A stretch of DNA of 64,000 nucleotides from a virus: positions 10,637 to 74,636 of IMG/VR virus record IMGVR_UViG_3300033977_000098; one strand, given 5' to 3'. The notes below the pieces were generated by a model, which did not search any database, was not told where the DNA came from, and saw only the letters and a program-made list of their open reading frames with translations. This document shows positions 39,494-48,477 of this stretch, piece after piece. Both the position numbers and the translations under genes were made by a program. Numbering within the stretch: the first letter of the stretch is position 1; every line of letters starts with the position of its first letter.

Positions 39494-39893
39494 ATGCAAA
39501 ATCTTGACGATTCTGGCCGTCACCTTCACCGTCATCTTCGCGCTGGTTTGCCTGGCGGCCAAAGTCTGCGGGCAAACCAATACCCAACCGACTATTACGC
39601 TACAGCCCTACGGCACCGGCCCCTCAGTCCTATATGGGTTGGAAGTGCAAAACAGCAATGCCGACCAAGCCATTGTCACGGCTTTTTATCACACCGCTCT
39701 GCCTGGACTGCCTGGACACGTAATCCTGCTTTCCGAAGTTGATGTTCAACCTATAATGGACGGTGCTCCCACAGCCATCGGTGGTTTCAAATGGCGAGGG
39801 GAGTTCAAAGATATTGCGTGGGTGGAAGTCCGTCTGGTCAAGACTGTTCACACGAAGAAATTCTATTTTTCTGACAACAAGGAGCTGCCATGA
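39483..39893 (+). CDS. Secreted/membrane hypothetical protein
   Basis: Hydrophobic N-terminus, GGAGG RBS. Confidence 0.5.
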   Translation: MKNKCKILTILAVTFTVIFALVCLAAKVCGQTNTQPTITLQPYGTGPSVLYGLEVQNSNADQAIVTAFYHTALPGLPGHVILLSEVDVQPIMDGAPTAIGGFKWRGEFKDIAWVEVRLVKTVHTKKFYFSDNKELP

Positions 39894-40246
39894 CACGCTT
39901 TGAGAAGTTCATTGCGGTGGGGGTGTTGATGGTCGTCGCGCTGCTCTTGGCGACCGTATGGGATGACTTGGCCCAAGGCCAACAGCCTGCCTCACAGCCA
40001 ATAGAAACCAGGCCGCTAAGTCGGCCGGGCTGGGACCGCCTTCAAGACCTTGCCAAAGAAGTCGCTGCCTTCCAAAAGGATTTCGCGGCGCTGCAAGCGA
40101 GTGAACTTGCGGCCGCTGGGCTCAAAGCTGAGGATGGCTGGTCCCTCCAGTGGGACCTCGGCGCCAATAAGCCGCCCACGGGCTGGCTCATGCGAGTTAA
40201 GCCGAATGCGCCTGCGCCAAGTCCCCCGGCGGCACCCGCTCACTGA
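39890..40246 (+). CDS. Membrane-anchored hypothetical protein
   Basis: N-terminal TM; ATGA overlap with upstream gene. Confidence 0.5.
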   Translation: MTRFEKFIAVGVLMVVALLLATVWDDLAQGQQPASQPIETRPLSRPGWDRLQDLAKEVAAFQKDFAALQASELAAAGLKAEDGWSLQWDLGANKPPTGWLMRVKPNAPAPSPPAAPAH

Positions 40247-40455
40247 GCCGTAATCGCAACGGTTCGCCAATCGAGGCCCTTCTTGGGGTCTTTGGGCAGG
40301 TTTCCCCCATTGGCTTCTGCCAGCAACTCGTTGCGGATCGTCCAATAGGACAAGCCGAAGCGCAGACTTATTTCATGGATCGTCATGCCCTCACGATACA
40401 GCTTGACAATCCTATTGTGCCGCTCGCGGCCCGGCGGCATCGCCTGACTGTGCAT
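40240..40455 (-). CDS. HTH protein
   Basis: IVKLYREGMTIHEISLRFGLSYWTIRNEL. Confidence 0.65.
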   Translation of the reverse strand: MHSQAMPPGRERHNRIVKLYREGMTIHEISLRFGLSYWTIRNELLAEANGGNLPKDPKKGLDWRTVAITAQ

Positions 40456-40612
40456 GTCGCTCCTGAGCTACGGTGATAGGCAACCCGAAAGCTGTATAGA
40501 CGGGTTTTTTTGATTCGTCAAGCGGCAAGTCGAGGCGGTAGTGTCTTAAAAGTGCGTTGAAGCCGTCCAAATAATTCTTGATTCTCTTCCTGCCCAGTTT
40601 TAACTTGGAAGC

Positions 40613-40927
40613 ATGAAAAACAATTCGAACGGCGATAGCATTGAAGCCTTGAAAAACATGCTCTCCGAGGTGGACTTGCTTCTTTCCACTACGGAGCCCT
40701 TGCCACAGAACCGGACGCCACGATGCCGCGAATTGCTCTCCGCTGCCTTAGCTTTGGCCGATGACCTCAGCAAACAAGAGGGAGTCTCTTCCGCCGCTGC
40801 CCTTGGCCACAAAGGGGGCAGTACCACGGCCAAACGCCATGGGCCTGAACATTATCGCCAGATGGCCGCCGCCCGCAAGACCCACCGGGGCGGCAGGCCG
40901 CGCAAGAAATCCGAACAACCGACCTGA
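40613..40927 (+). CDS. KGG-motif small basic protein
   Basis: AAALGHKGGSTTAKRHGPEHYRQMA. Confidence 0.6.
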   Translation: MKNNSNGDSIEALKNMLSEVDLLLSTTEPLPQNRTPRCRELLSAALALADDLSKQEGVSSAAALGHKGGSTTAKRHGPEHYRQMAAARKTHRGGRPRKKSEQPT

Positions 40928-41663
40928 ATTCCTGCTAAAGTTTTGGTGGCCGCCTAGCCCGGCCAGGCGACAAACGGGAACCCTACCCGCTGGCGGCTAC
41001 TCCCCTTTAAGGGCATCGCTGAGGGAGCGATGGCCTCTTCTGATTTCTGGCGAGACCTTGCCAAAGAATTTCGAGCCATACTAGGCTCCGAAACGCTTCA
41101 GGCTCATTGGGAATGTGACGCTGAAACCAATGAATACAAATCCAAACCACGTCCTCCAAAGTGGCAGTAGTCGCCTTCAGTTTTCCCCTGTTTCCCCCAT
41201 TCCTCCCCCATTTTCCCCCCAATAAACCCCGATAGACACGCCCTATTTTAAGGCAGTATTTTGAATGCGTTGCGGTGGAAGCCTACCCGCAGAAAGCAGA
41301 AAGGCCAGCGAAACGATTCTTGAGGCGCGTTTCGCTGGCCCTCTGAGAACTTGGGCCTAGCAGGTTCGCCGGGAACGCCCGCAAAGCAACTCCCGGAGAG
41401 TTCGAGTCGCTCGCCTGGCAGCGAGCGTCACACTCTTTGTGCTGACAAACACTAGAGTAGCACGGGGGTGTGTCAAATGCAACTCTGGATTTGGCATCTG
41501 CATGTCGCCCCACGAACAATTCGACCTATGGTGAATTAGGCCATCGAAAAGAGAGGCAATTTGAACTTGGTACTGAAAAGAAAATCTTTACAGAATCAGA
41601 ATTTGAAAAACTGCCATCAACAAAAGATCAGACCCAGATAAGCTCTCATACGGAGCCCGTCGA

Positions 41664-41936
41664 ATGAGGATTCTTCTCATCACTTACGAGTTGAAGAATA
41701 AGTTGAAGGACTATTCCTCTTTTTTCGAGGCAGTAAAAAACAACGCGCATCAGTGGTGGCACTTTCTTCCTTATGTTTACATTGTGGCGACTTCTTACTC
41801 AGCGAACGAATATGCAAATTTCTTACTCCCTCACATCCAGAGGGCTGATAACTTGTTGGTGGTGAGGATTACTGCGGAACATCAGGGATGGCTGCCGAAG
41901 GATGCATGGGACTGGCTCAACGATAAGCAGTATTAG
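41664..41936 (+). CDS. Small protein, possibly Cas2-like ferredoxin fold
   Basis: LLITYEL...DYSSFFEAVK...WWHFL...DNLLVV...GWL. Confidence 0.5.
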   Translation: MRILLITYELKNKLKDYSSFFEAVKNNAHQWWHFLPYVYIVATSYSANEYANFLLPHIQRADNLLVVRITAEHQGWLPKDAWDWLNDKQY

Positions 41937-41988
41937 TTTTCATCAACGCACATTCAAGACATTACCGTCGAGGCGGTACTGGCTGAAT

Positions 41989-42552
41989 TTATGTTGCTGA
42001 TTTTTTGGTCTCGGGAAAAGTTACCTCGCCGTCCGTTAAGGTCATCAACAAGGTACCGTTGTCTTTGACCCACTGAAAGGGAACGTTCTTTCGGTACCGT
42101 TGTGGGTACGGGTCAGGATATTGGGCGAGCCACTTGCTGAAGAACGCTTTCATTGAACTGCCGTGGGCGTAGCGCAGGTCCACACGGCGAAGGTTATCCC
42201 GATGGTCGAAAAACAGATGGCCAACTTCCGAGTCTCGCTTTAGTTTGGCTTTGCCGGTGTTCTTGTGATACTGATACTCGTAGTTGCCGCCGTCTTGGGA
42301 CGATTTAACTTCATACTCTGATAAGTCGATACCAGCCGCCAGTTTCTTACCGACATCCTTCACCAGGATGGAAGCGAACACCTCCCAATCAGAGGACATT
42401 GCCACGCCCGGAGGCCGGACTTGGCGCGCAGCATACAATCTTAGTTTCCCGTGAAGCGGACCGTACATATAGGCGTGGAAAAACATCAACGCCTTCTCGA
42501 AGTCCAGCTCCGATGGTGGACCACCGATGATGTGGGGTGCTCTGTAGCGCAA
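41989..42552 (-). CDS. Putative type II restriction endonuclease
   Basis: WEVFAS...GIDL...EVKSS PD-(D/E)XK pattern, next to the C5 methyltransferase. Confidence 0.6.
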   Translation of the reverse strand: MRYRAPHIIGGPPSELDFEKALMFFHAYMYGPLHGKLRLYAARQVRPPGVAMSSDWEVFASILVKDVGKKLAAGIDLSEYEVKSSQDGGNYEYQYHKNTGKAKLKRDSEVGHLFFDHRDNLRRVDLRYAHGSSMKAFFSKWLAQYPDPYPQRYRKNVPFQWVKDNGTLLMTLTDGEVTFPETKKSAT

Positions 42553-42568
42553 GGTTTGACGGCCAGCT

Positions 42569-43795
42569 TTAAGCGACAGACTGCAACTCGCCGGAGGTCG
42601 CCAAAGGCCGCAGGAGATATTTCTCTAGCCAGCCAACGACTGGAACCACAACGCCGTCGCCGAAGACATGATAGGCTTCGTTATAGTTATTCGCAAGCGG
42701 GTAATCGTCAGGGACGCCCATTAGCCGCGCGGCCTCCCGAGGGGACAGGAGCCTTGTACGAATATAGCCGTTCTCGACGATGATAACTGTTTGACGGCTT
42801 GACCCGCCCACGGGAGTTCTCAGGCATCCCGAAATACCGTCAAATCGTACTTCGGCGCACTGCTTCATAATCCCTTCACGGTTTGGACGGGTGCGCTTGT
42901 AGATGGTTCCGACATGCCGACCCGTGAGCTTGCTTACTTTCGCCACCTTAGCCCGATGCAAAGGGCGCATCAGATCAAGGACTTTTTTTGTCTCCGCGTC
43001 GCTATGCCAAGCGGTCAGGACAGGAAGCGCCTGAATTACTGAATCCAGCCGGGAAGTCGGTGCCTGGGGAATCGGCAAGTTCCACCATACCCAATGAGAT
43101 CTAACAGAGGCTGCAAGGCCGTCAACGGCCCTAAGCAGTGAGTGCGGGTGCCAAGCTCCTGACGCAGATTGTTCGTAGAGACCGTTTTTCAAGTGAAGGC
43201 TGGCTTTAACGCCCACCAAAAACAATCGTGGCCGAGACTGCGGTAGGAAGCGAACCGCGTCGATGACTAACGCCCCGACTTTATAATCTATCCCTGCGAA
43301 CCCCGCGACTATGGCGGCGAAGTCGCTCCCTCCGTGAGAGGTCAGTGTTCCAACTACGTTCTCCAGAGCGATAACGGTAGGGCCACGTCCATCGCTCACC
43401 AACCGTTTAACGAGTCGCCAAAACGGTCTGAACGTGCCGCTCCGTTCTCCATTAAGACCAGCCCCTGATCCGGCTAAGGAAAGGTCCTGGCAAGGGAACG
43501 AAGCCCATACAAGATCGCATCTGCCTGGCAAGTCATCCGCTGAAAGTTTCGCCACATCCTCAACCTTCAATTCGGGAGATGGCCCGAAAAATGAGCGATA
43601 CGCCAGCGCCTTTTTCGGGCACCACTCGTTTGCGAAGGTGCATTGCCATTTGCGCCCAAGGCCGAGTCGGGCCATCCCGCCGCCTGCGAAAAACTCGTAC
43701 CATGTAAATCGCCGTTCAGCCATTTCCGCCTTCCAAAAACCTTCGGATTCGATTGCGGGTGCCATTTGCATTGACTTCGCATTCCCAGACGACAA
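42569..43795 (-). CDS. dcm: DNA cytosine-5 methyltransferase
   Basis: EFFAGGG, SFPCQDLS, LENV, PQSRPR, REAARLMG. Confidence 0.92.
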   Translation of the reverse strand: MSSGNAKSMQMAPAIESEGFWKAEMAERRFTWYEFFAGGGMARLGLGRKWQCTFANEWCPKKALAYRSFFGPSPELKVEDVAKLSADDLPGRCDLVWASFPCQDLSLAGSGAGLNGERSGTFRPFWRLVKRLVSDGRGPTVIALENVVGTLTSHGGSDFAAIVAGFAGIDYKVGALVIDAVRFLPQSRPRLFLVGVKASLHLKNGLYEQSASGAWHPHSLLRAVDGLAASVRSHWVWWNLPIPQAPTSRLDSVIQALPVLTAWHSDAETKKVLDLMRPLHRAKVAKVSKLTGRHVGTIYKRTRPNREGIMKQCAEVRFDGISGCLRTPVGGSSRQTVIIVENGYIRTRLLSPREAARLMGVPDDYPLANNYNEAYHVFGDGVVVPVVGWLEKYLLRPLATSGELQSVA

Positions 43796-44126
43796 GAGAT
43801 TTCCAGCCGAGTTGCCTTAGTTCTTTTCTTACCCTCGTATCCCTCTTTTCGTTTCTCGTCCTTTTGGCCCTCCAATAATCCCGATTCGATGCTGGAAGGT
43901 CGGCGGCTCGGCATGAATGCCCGTGCCAAAAACAGCCATGCACAAAGATTACTTTATGTAATCGGCTGAAAACCAGATCGGGATGACCTGAAAGTTTCTC
44001 GGAGTGGAGTCGGTACCGAAACCCCATGTCTGACACCAAAGCGCGAACTGCGATTTCAGGCTTTGTGTCCTTCGAGCGAACCCGACGCATTATTTCGCTC
44101 CGCTTTCCTGGCGTAAATATGTCCAT
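43716..44126 (-). CDS. vsr: Very short patch repair endonuclease
   Basis: RSEIMRRVRSKDTKPE, GHPDLV, FVHGCFWHGH, VVWECE. Confidence 0.93.
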   Translation of the reverse strand: MDIFTPGKRSEIMRRVRSKDTKPEIAVRALVSDMGFRYRLHSEKLSGHPDLVFSRLHKVIFVHGCFWHGHSCRAADLPASNRDYWRAKRTRNEKRDTRVRKELRQLGWKSLVVWECEVNANGTRNRIRRFLEGGNG

Positions 44127-44131
44127 ATGAT

Positions 44132-45076
44132 CTACGCTCGCAGCAATTCGCTTATACTCCAAACGTGGTCAGCAATTCCAGCCTCCATTCCAGGTGTCAC
44201 TCTCAATGTCATGTGCGGACGGCACAGGTTGTACCACGCGACATACAGAGCAACGGCTGCTTTCAGGTTGTCGAGCTTTTTGCTGAAAGCATTAACCAGT
44301 CGCGTGAATCGGCGAAGGTGCATCCGGAAATTCAGGTTGGAACGTTCCACGTGGCTGGTACAGACGTGATCGAGATCGGGGTTGCCAGTGATGGGATTTG
44401 ATACCGTGTCGATGACCTTGGCCGGACCGTACCAGTCCGGGCCAGCATTGTCCGGCTTTCCGTACAGTTTGATGAGTTGGGCAAAGTCCACATCGGCGCC
44501 GAAACATTCCTCAATGGCTCCAATGTAGGGCTTGAAAGCATCGGAAGTTATCTGCGTTCGAGTAGCCAGCCGTCGGCTGAGGTCGGTCACGAAATTTAGG
44601 GCGCTCGGGCCGTCGCGCTTCGCCACCAAGTGAGAAATTATCAGCTTCGTGTCTGCATCCAAAGCAACCCAAGTGTAGGCGTCGCCCCATTCGTTAGAAT
44701 CACTAGACTTAAGGTGTTTCTCTTTTTTGAAAACGAAGGTCCAAAGCTCATCGAGTTGAATATATTTCGGTCGAAGGCCACGGATGCGGGTGTCAAGAAG
44801 GCTCTGACACTTCCCTCCCGTCGTCACAAGGATAGAAAGAAGCGTGTTGCGGTCTACTCCAGTAACGCGGGATATGCCACGGATACTCATTCCCTCTACC
44901 ATCAAGGATATGACCTCCGCAGTCCGATCAACGCTCAAGTAATGGCTGCCAAACCTATTGAATCGCGTGTCACTGAAAGTTGTCTTGCAATTCTGGCAAC
45001 GGTAACGCTGAATCTTGTGTCTGCCGTATCTCCCAAAGCGTTTCACGTTTTCGTGCTTGCACCTAATGCAGGTCAT
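44132..45076 (-). CDS. IS1-family transposase, single ORF
   Basis: Zinc finger CIRC...CQNC, HTH, QLDELWTFV, ITSDAF, HVERSNL...RRFTRLVNAFSKK. Confidence 0.88.
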   Translation of the reverse strand: MTCIRCKHENVKRFGRYGRHKIQRYRCQNCKTTFSDTRFNRFGSHYLSVDRTAEVISLMVEGMSIRGISRVTGVDRNTLLSILVTTGGKCQSLLDTRIRGLRPKYIQLDELWTFVFKKEKHLKSSDSNEWGDAYTWVALDADTKLIISHLVAKRDGPSALNFVTDLSRRLATRTQITSDAFKPYIGAIEECFGADVDFAQLIKLYGKPDNAGPDWYGPAKVIDTVSNPITGNPDLDHVCTSHVERSNLNFRMHLRRFTRLVNAFSKKLDNLKAAVALYVAWYNLCRPHMTLRVTPGMEAGIADHVWSISELLRA

Positions 45077-45200
45077 TGGACTCTCCTTGACAATCCCAGC
45101 GGAGAGTCCGACAATTGCATCGGGTCTTTCCATGCGGGCTGAATCCGCGTGGGAGATTTGCCCCGCAGACAGTTAGCCGCTGCCTGCGGGGTTTATTGTT

Positions 45201-45374
45201 TTAGGCCGACTTCTTTTCCATTCCCTCCGAGACGGCGCGACGGAGCACCGTCACAATATAGTCTTTGAGGCTCATCCGGCTCTGAGCAGCACGTGTCTTG
45301 CACAGCCAGTACAGATCGTCAGGAAAATTCCGCACGTTTAATGGCCTCACGTCAATCTGCTTTGACCGTCTCAT
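45201..45374 (-). CDS. Ribbon-helix-helix regulator
   Basis: LNVRNFPDDLYWLCKTRAAQSRMSLKDYI; GGAGG RBS. Confidence 0.6.
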   Translation of the reverse strand: MRRSKQIDVRPLNVRNFPDDLYWLCKTRAAQSRMSLKDYIVTVLRRAVSEGMEKKSA

Positions 45375-45494
45375 CGCGTCCTCCATCGTCACGATAGTAA
45401 CATTGGTAACTAAGAATGTCAAGACATTTTTTGTGACCACCTGGCTACCAACACCTTTCACCGCGCATCAGACTTGTGGTATCGTCTGACCGCC

Positions 45495-46346
45495 ATGCGC
45501 TCCTTAATTTTCGTCATCAGATTCGATCAAGGACTCGCCAAACGGCACCGGCTGCCGCTTGACCACGCCCTTAGTGCACTCCGCGAGGTGCGCTTGATGA
45601 TTCAGGAGGTCGGGCGGCAAATTCAGCGTGAAAAGGGAATCGAGAGGGCGACCGGCGATTTCGGCCTTGAATTGGTGGGCGGCATCAAAAAAGGCAGCGT
45701 GCAGGTTGACATTGCGCTTACACAAGACACGCAGAACGCCCGGGAGACAGCAGAGCAGATCATTTGCACGGTGAATTGGCTTGCGAAGATGGGCGGACGT
45801 GCCGACGAGGTAAAGCAACCGGACGAAATCAGCAGGCATGTTGTGCGGCATCTCAACCGGATTGCGGAGATTCAGAGGACCGACAAAACCGAAATGCGGC
45901 TTGAACTTAAGAATGGCAAGAAAAAGCGCGAAGCCACGTTTGGAGAAGCCGCAATTGCATCCACCGAAGTGCTACGCTCTCCGCAGTTCCAAATGGGCGG
46001 CACCACGCTTTATGGCAAACTCTATGAACTGCGCGACAGTTCTCCCGAGGAGGAGGAAGGAAAATATTTTTGGGGAGAACTAGTGCGCGATAACGACGAG
46101 CATTGGCGAATTCAGTTTGAAAGCAACCGCGCTAACGAAGCGGTTCCCCTTTTCAGAAAGCAAGTCGCAGTGACAGGAACAGCATTCTATTACCCCGTTC
46201 AAACCCCGAAGCTCGTTGCTGAGAGCTTCGGGCCGGATACGGACCGTGATTATGAGGCCGCATTTGACGAACTATACGGGTCCAAACAGGCACTTTACAA
46301 GGCTCCCCTTGATGATCTTTTGAAGGAGATTCGTGGAGAGGGTTAG
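45495..46346 (+). CDS. Hypothetical protein coupled to PIN gene (putative antitoxin/partner)
   Basis: Stop/start overlap with the PIN ORF. Confidence 0.55.
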   Translation: MRSLIFVIRFDQGLAKRHRLPLDHALSALREVRLMIQEVGRQIQREKGIERATGDFGLELVGGIKKGSVQVDIALTQDTQNARETAEQIICTVNWLAKMGGRADEVKQPDEISRHVVRHLNRIAEIQRTDKTEMRLELKNGKKKREATFGEAAIASTEVLRSPQFQMGGTTLYGKLYELRDSSPEEEEGKYFWGELVRDNDEHWRIQFESNRANEAVPLFRKQVAVTGTAFYYPVQTPKLVAESFGPDTDRDYEAAFDELYGSKQALYKAPLDDLLKEIRGEG

Positions 46347-46915
46347 TGCTTTCTGCCTATTTCGATACCAGTGTTTTCCTGGCCATCTTTAATGCAGAGC
46401 CCAGCGGTCCGCAAATCAAGACGCTGCTGCGCGAATTAAAGCGCGACCGCGTGCGCATTTATACGTCGATCATCACAATTCAAGAAGTATCGGTTTTGTC
46501 ATTCCGCAAGGGCGGAGCGGGGGATGATAATTACGTCCAGGTCGGAAAGCTGGCGAGAATTGAGACGATCACGCGGGAGATTGCGCTATTAGCGGCGAAG
46601 ATCGAAGCCCAGCTAATCGACATGCTTCCAAAGGACCAAGAGGACAATAAGCGCCGAAAGTGGGACTGCTTTCACATCGCAACGGTTGTTCAATTGGGAT
46701 GTGGAAAACTCTACGCGGAAGATAACAAGCTATTGAAGCGAAAGGCGCAATTGGGATTGTCAATCGATTTTCTCCAGCCGCGTCCCCAAAGCCCGGACTT
46801 ATTTCCTCCCTCTGTCCCGGCATCCGTTGTGCCTGTTCCCCTGCAGCCTCAGCCATCGCCAGCCGAAGAGGAAGCTGACGCATCCGAACCGCCAAAGCAC
46901 AAGACAACGGAATAG
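46346..46915 (+). CDS. vapC: PIN-domain (VapC-like) nuclease
   Basis: AYFDTSVFLA, TSIITIQEV, DCFHIAT, YAEDNKL. Confidence 0.8.
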   Translation: MLSAYFDTSVFLAIFNAEPSGPQIKTLLRELKRDRVRIYTSIITIQEVSVLSFRKGGAGDDNYVQVGKLARIETITREIALLAAKIEAQLIDMLPKDQEDNKRRKWDCFHIATVVQLGCGKLYAEDNKLLKRKAQLGLSIDFLQPRPQSPDLFPPSVPASVVPVPLQPQPSPAEEEADASEPPKHKTTE

Positions 46916-46941
46916 CAAGCAACAACAATTCAGCCACTACC

Positions 46942-47276
46942 GACTGGCGCTCGCCCTTGGAAAGGATGACGTACTGCGTGCGCTTCTCCACGCACTTGAT
47001 GACGGCGCGCAGCGCCGCGGCAAAGCTCTTGCCGCTCTGGCGGCTCCAGACCGCAATCTTCAGTTGCGAGTCGTCCCGGATCCAGCGATCCTGGTAGGGA
47101 AGGACGGGGATCGCTTTCGCACTCGCTTCCCGAAGTGCCTTGGCCGTGGGCGGCTGCTCTTTTGCGATTTGGGCTTTTCTTTTCATCTGTCTGCCCATCG
47201 GGCCATCGAGCCATCGGGCCATTGACGAATTCGGACTCTTGCCTTTTGCCTTCGTTACTGCGGATCTAGCCCTCAC
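46942..47276 (-). pseudogene. Mu-like terminase large subunit 5' fragment cut by the IS1 end
   Basis: LPYQDRWIRDDSQLKIAVWSRQSGKSF...ILSKGERQS, similarity ends exactly at the TIR (46941). Confidence 0.85.
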
Positions 47277-47346
47277 CGCGCCTTGGAATTACTGGTATCA
47301 TTGCGCGGTGCCACATCAGACCAGCGAACTTGCGGTGCCTTAGAAG

Positions 47347-48448
47347 GGCGTCAATATATTTGAGTAAGCACGGGCGAAATGAAAAAGCATACGCAATCTT
47401 GAGTGGCTTGATTTGCTTTATTCCCAATTATTTACAAGGCCCAGAAAAGAACCTAACAACCAATACGCGCACAGGAGGAGAATAAAGCCAATCAAGCCGG
47501 AAAGGAGCCACCCATGCCAAGTGCTGCAAGCCACGGAAAGCCTACGGATGAGAAACCACCCTGCGATAGCACAACCGAGGCCCCCAAGAAAGAGAATCCC
47601 CTCCTTAAAGCTCTTAATAATTTCTGGCATTGCGATGAAGTACGAAAATTCAGGAGGGACCCCAGGACTTTGGTTGAGATAATTGCGCTCGTAACTGTGA
47701 TCTGCTATACGCATTACGCTAGCAGGAGCCTGGATCAACTTAGAAAGCAAACTCCCAAAATCACGGAAAGCGCTAACGCCGCTAAAAGTGCTGCAGATAC
47801 CGTCGCCCGTCAATTGGAGTTGTCCGAGCGTCCTTGGGTTTCCATCGTCCCGTCCATTGCTAGCCCTTTCTGGATGGATCGAAACGGGGCGAATCTCATC
47901 CTTGAATTTGAAGTGAGCAATACTGGAGTCACTCCCGCAGTTGGAACGTCTGTCTATGCCAAATTCTTCCCGCCTTATCACACGGCGGAAGAATATGAAT
48001 CCCAAATGAAAGAAGCCTGCGAGAGCGCAATCCGCCTCGGAAGAGGGTCCAGAGACATTCTTGTTCGTGACGCGCCTACACGGAAAAAAGTGCATTTTAT
48101 TTTCTCTTCCAGCAAGATTGAACGCGATTCCCGTGGGGGGTTCTTCATGGTTAACATCGTCGCCTGTCCCGCTTACCAGTCCACCTTCAACGAGGTGACT
48201 TATTCGCATGGGCAGATGTACCATTTCTACCGTATCGATCCTAACGGGGGAGCCCTTGCCTTCAAGGTGGGTCAGACTGTTCCCGCCAAAGAATTGCACA
48301 TTGGAGTTGAAACCGAGAGCGTGACCCTGGTAGAGGAAAACTATGTGGTTGGAGGAAAATAACAAAGCAATTAGAAGCACTAGCGCTATGAACATACACC
48401 AAGCCCTCCATCAAAACAAAACTCTGGTTAGTCAAGTACGTTAACGCC
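47347..48448. mobile_element. Non-autonomous IS1595-like cargo element
   Basis: TIRs ggcgtcaatatatttgagtaagc / ggttagtcaagtacgttaacgcc (17/23); 8-bp TSD CTTAGAAG. Confidence 0.75.
47514..48362 (+). CDS. Membrane-anchored passenger protein
   Basis: TM segment then ANAAKSAADT...ERPWV...NTGVTPA. Confidence 0.55.
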   Translation: MPSAASHGKPTDEKPPCDSTTEAPKKENPLLKALNNFWHCDEVRKFRRDPRTLVEIIALVTVICYTHYASRSLDQLRKQTPKITESANAAKSAADTVARQLELSERPWVSIVPSIASPFWMDRNGANLILEFEVSNTGVTPAVGTSVYAKFFPPYHTAEEYESQMKEACESAIRLGRGSRDILVRDAPTRKKVHFIFSSSKIERDSRGGFFMVNIVACPAYQSTFNEVTYSHGQMYHFYRIDPNGGALAFKVGQTVPAKELHIGVETESVTLVEENYVVGGK

Positions 48449-48477
48449 CTTAGAAGGCATCGCGTCTAATTGGCGAA

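Larger units (their letters stand above)
40537..41966. mobile_element. Non-autonomous IS1-like cargo element
   Basis: TIRs ggtagtgtcttaaaagtgcgttga / tcaacgcacattcaagacattacc; 8-bp TSD GTCGAGGC on both sides; no transposase. Confidence 0.85.
41975..46941. mobile_element. IS1-family element (~5 kb) with passenger RM and TA-like genes
   Basis: TIRs ggtactggctgaatttatgttgct / agcaacaacaattcagccactacc (21/24); contains the transposase; flanks differ (no TSD). Confidence 0.8.

Noticed and set aside
41340-41420. Possible tRNA (GTTCGAGTC)
   Set aside because: Could not build an acceptor stem, D-arm and anticodon arm; kept only as a hairpin cluster.
41664-41936. CRISPR-Cas locus
   Set aside because: No repeat-spacer array or other cas genes seen; the repeats at 50.3-51.6 kb are irregular palindromes and short tandem units.
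46569-47276. Full 235-aa terminase ORF
   Set aside because: Terminase similarity stops at the IS end (46941); the rest is read-through antisense to the PIN gene.
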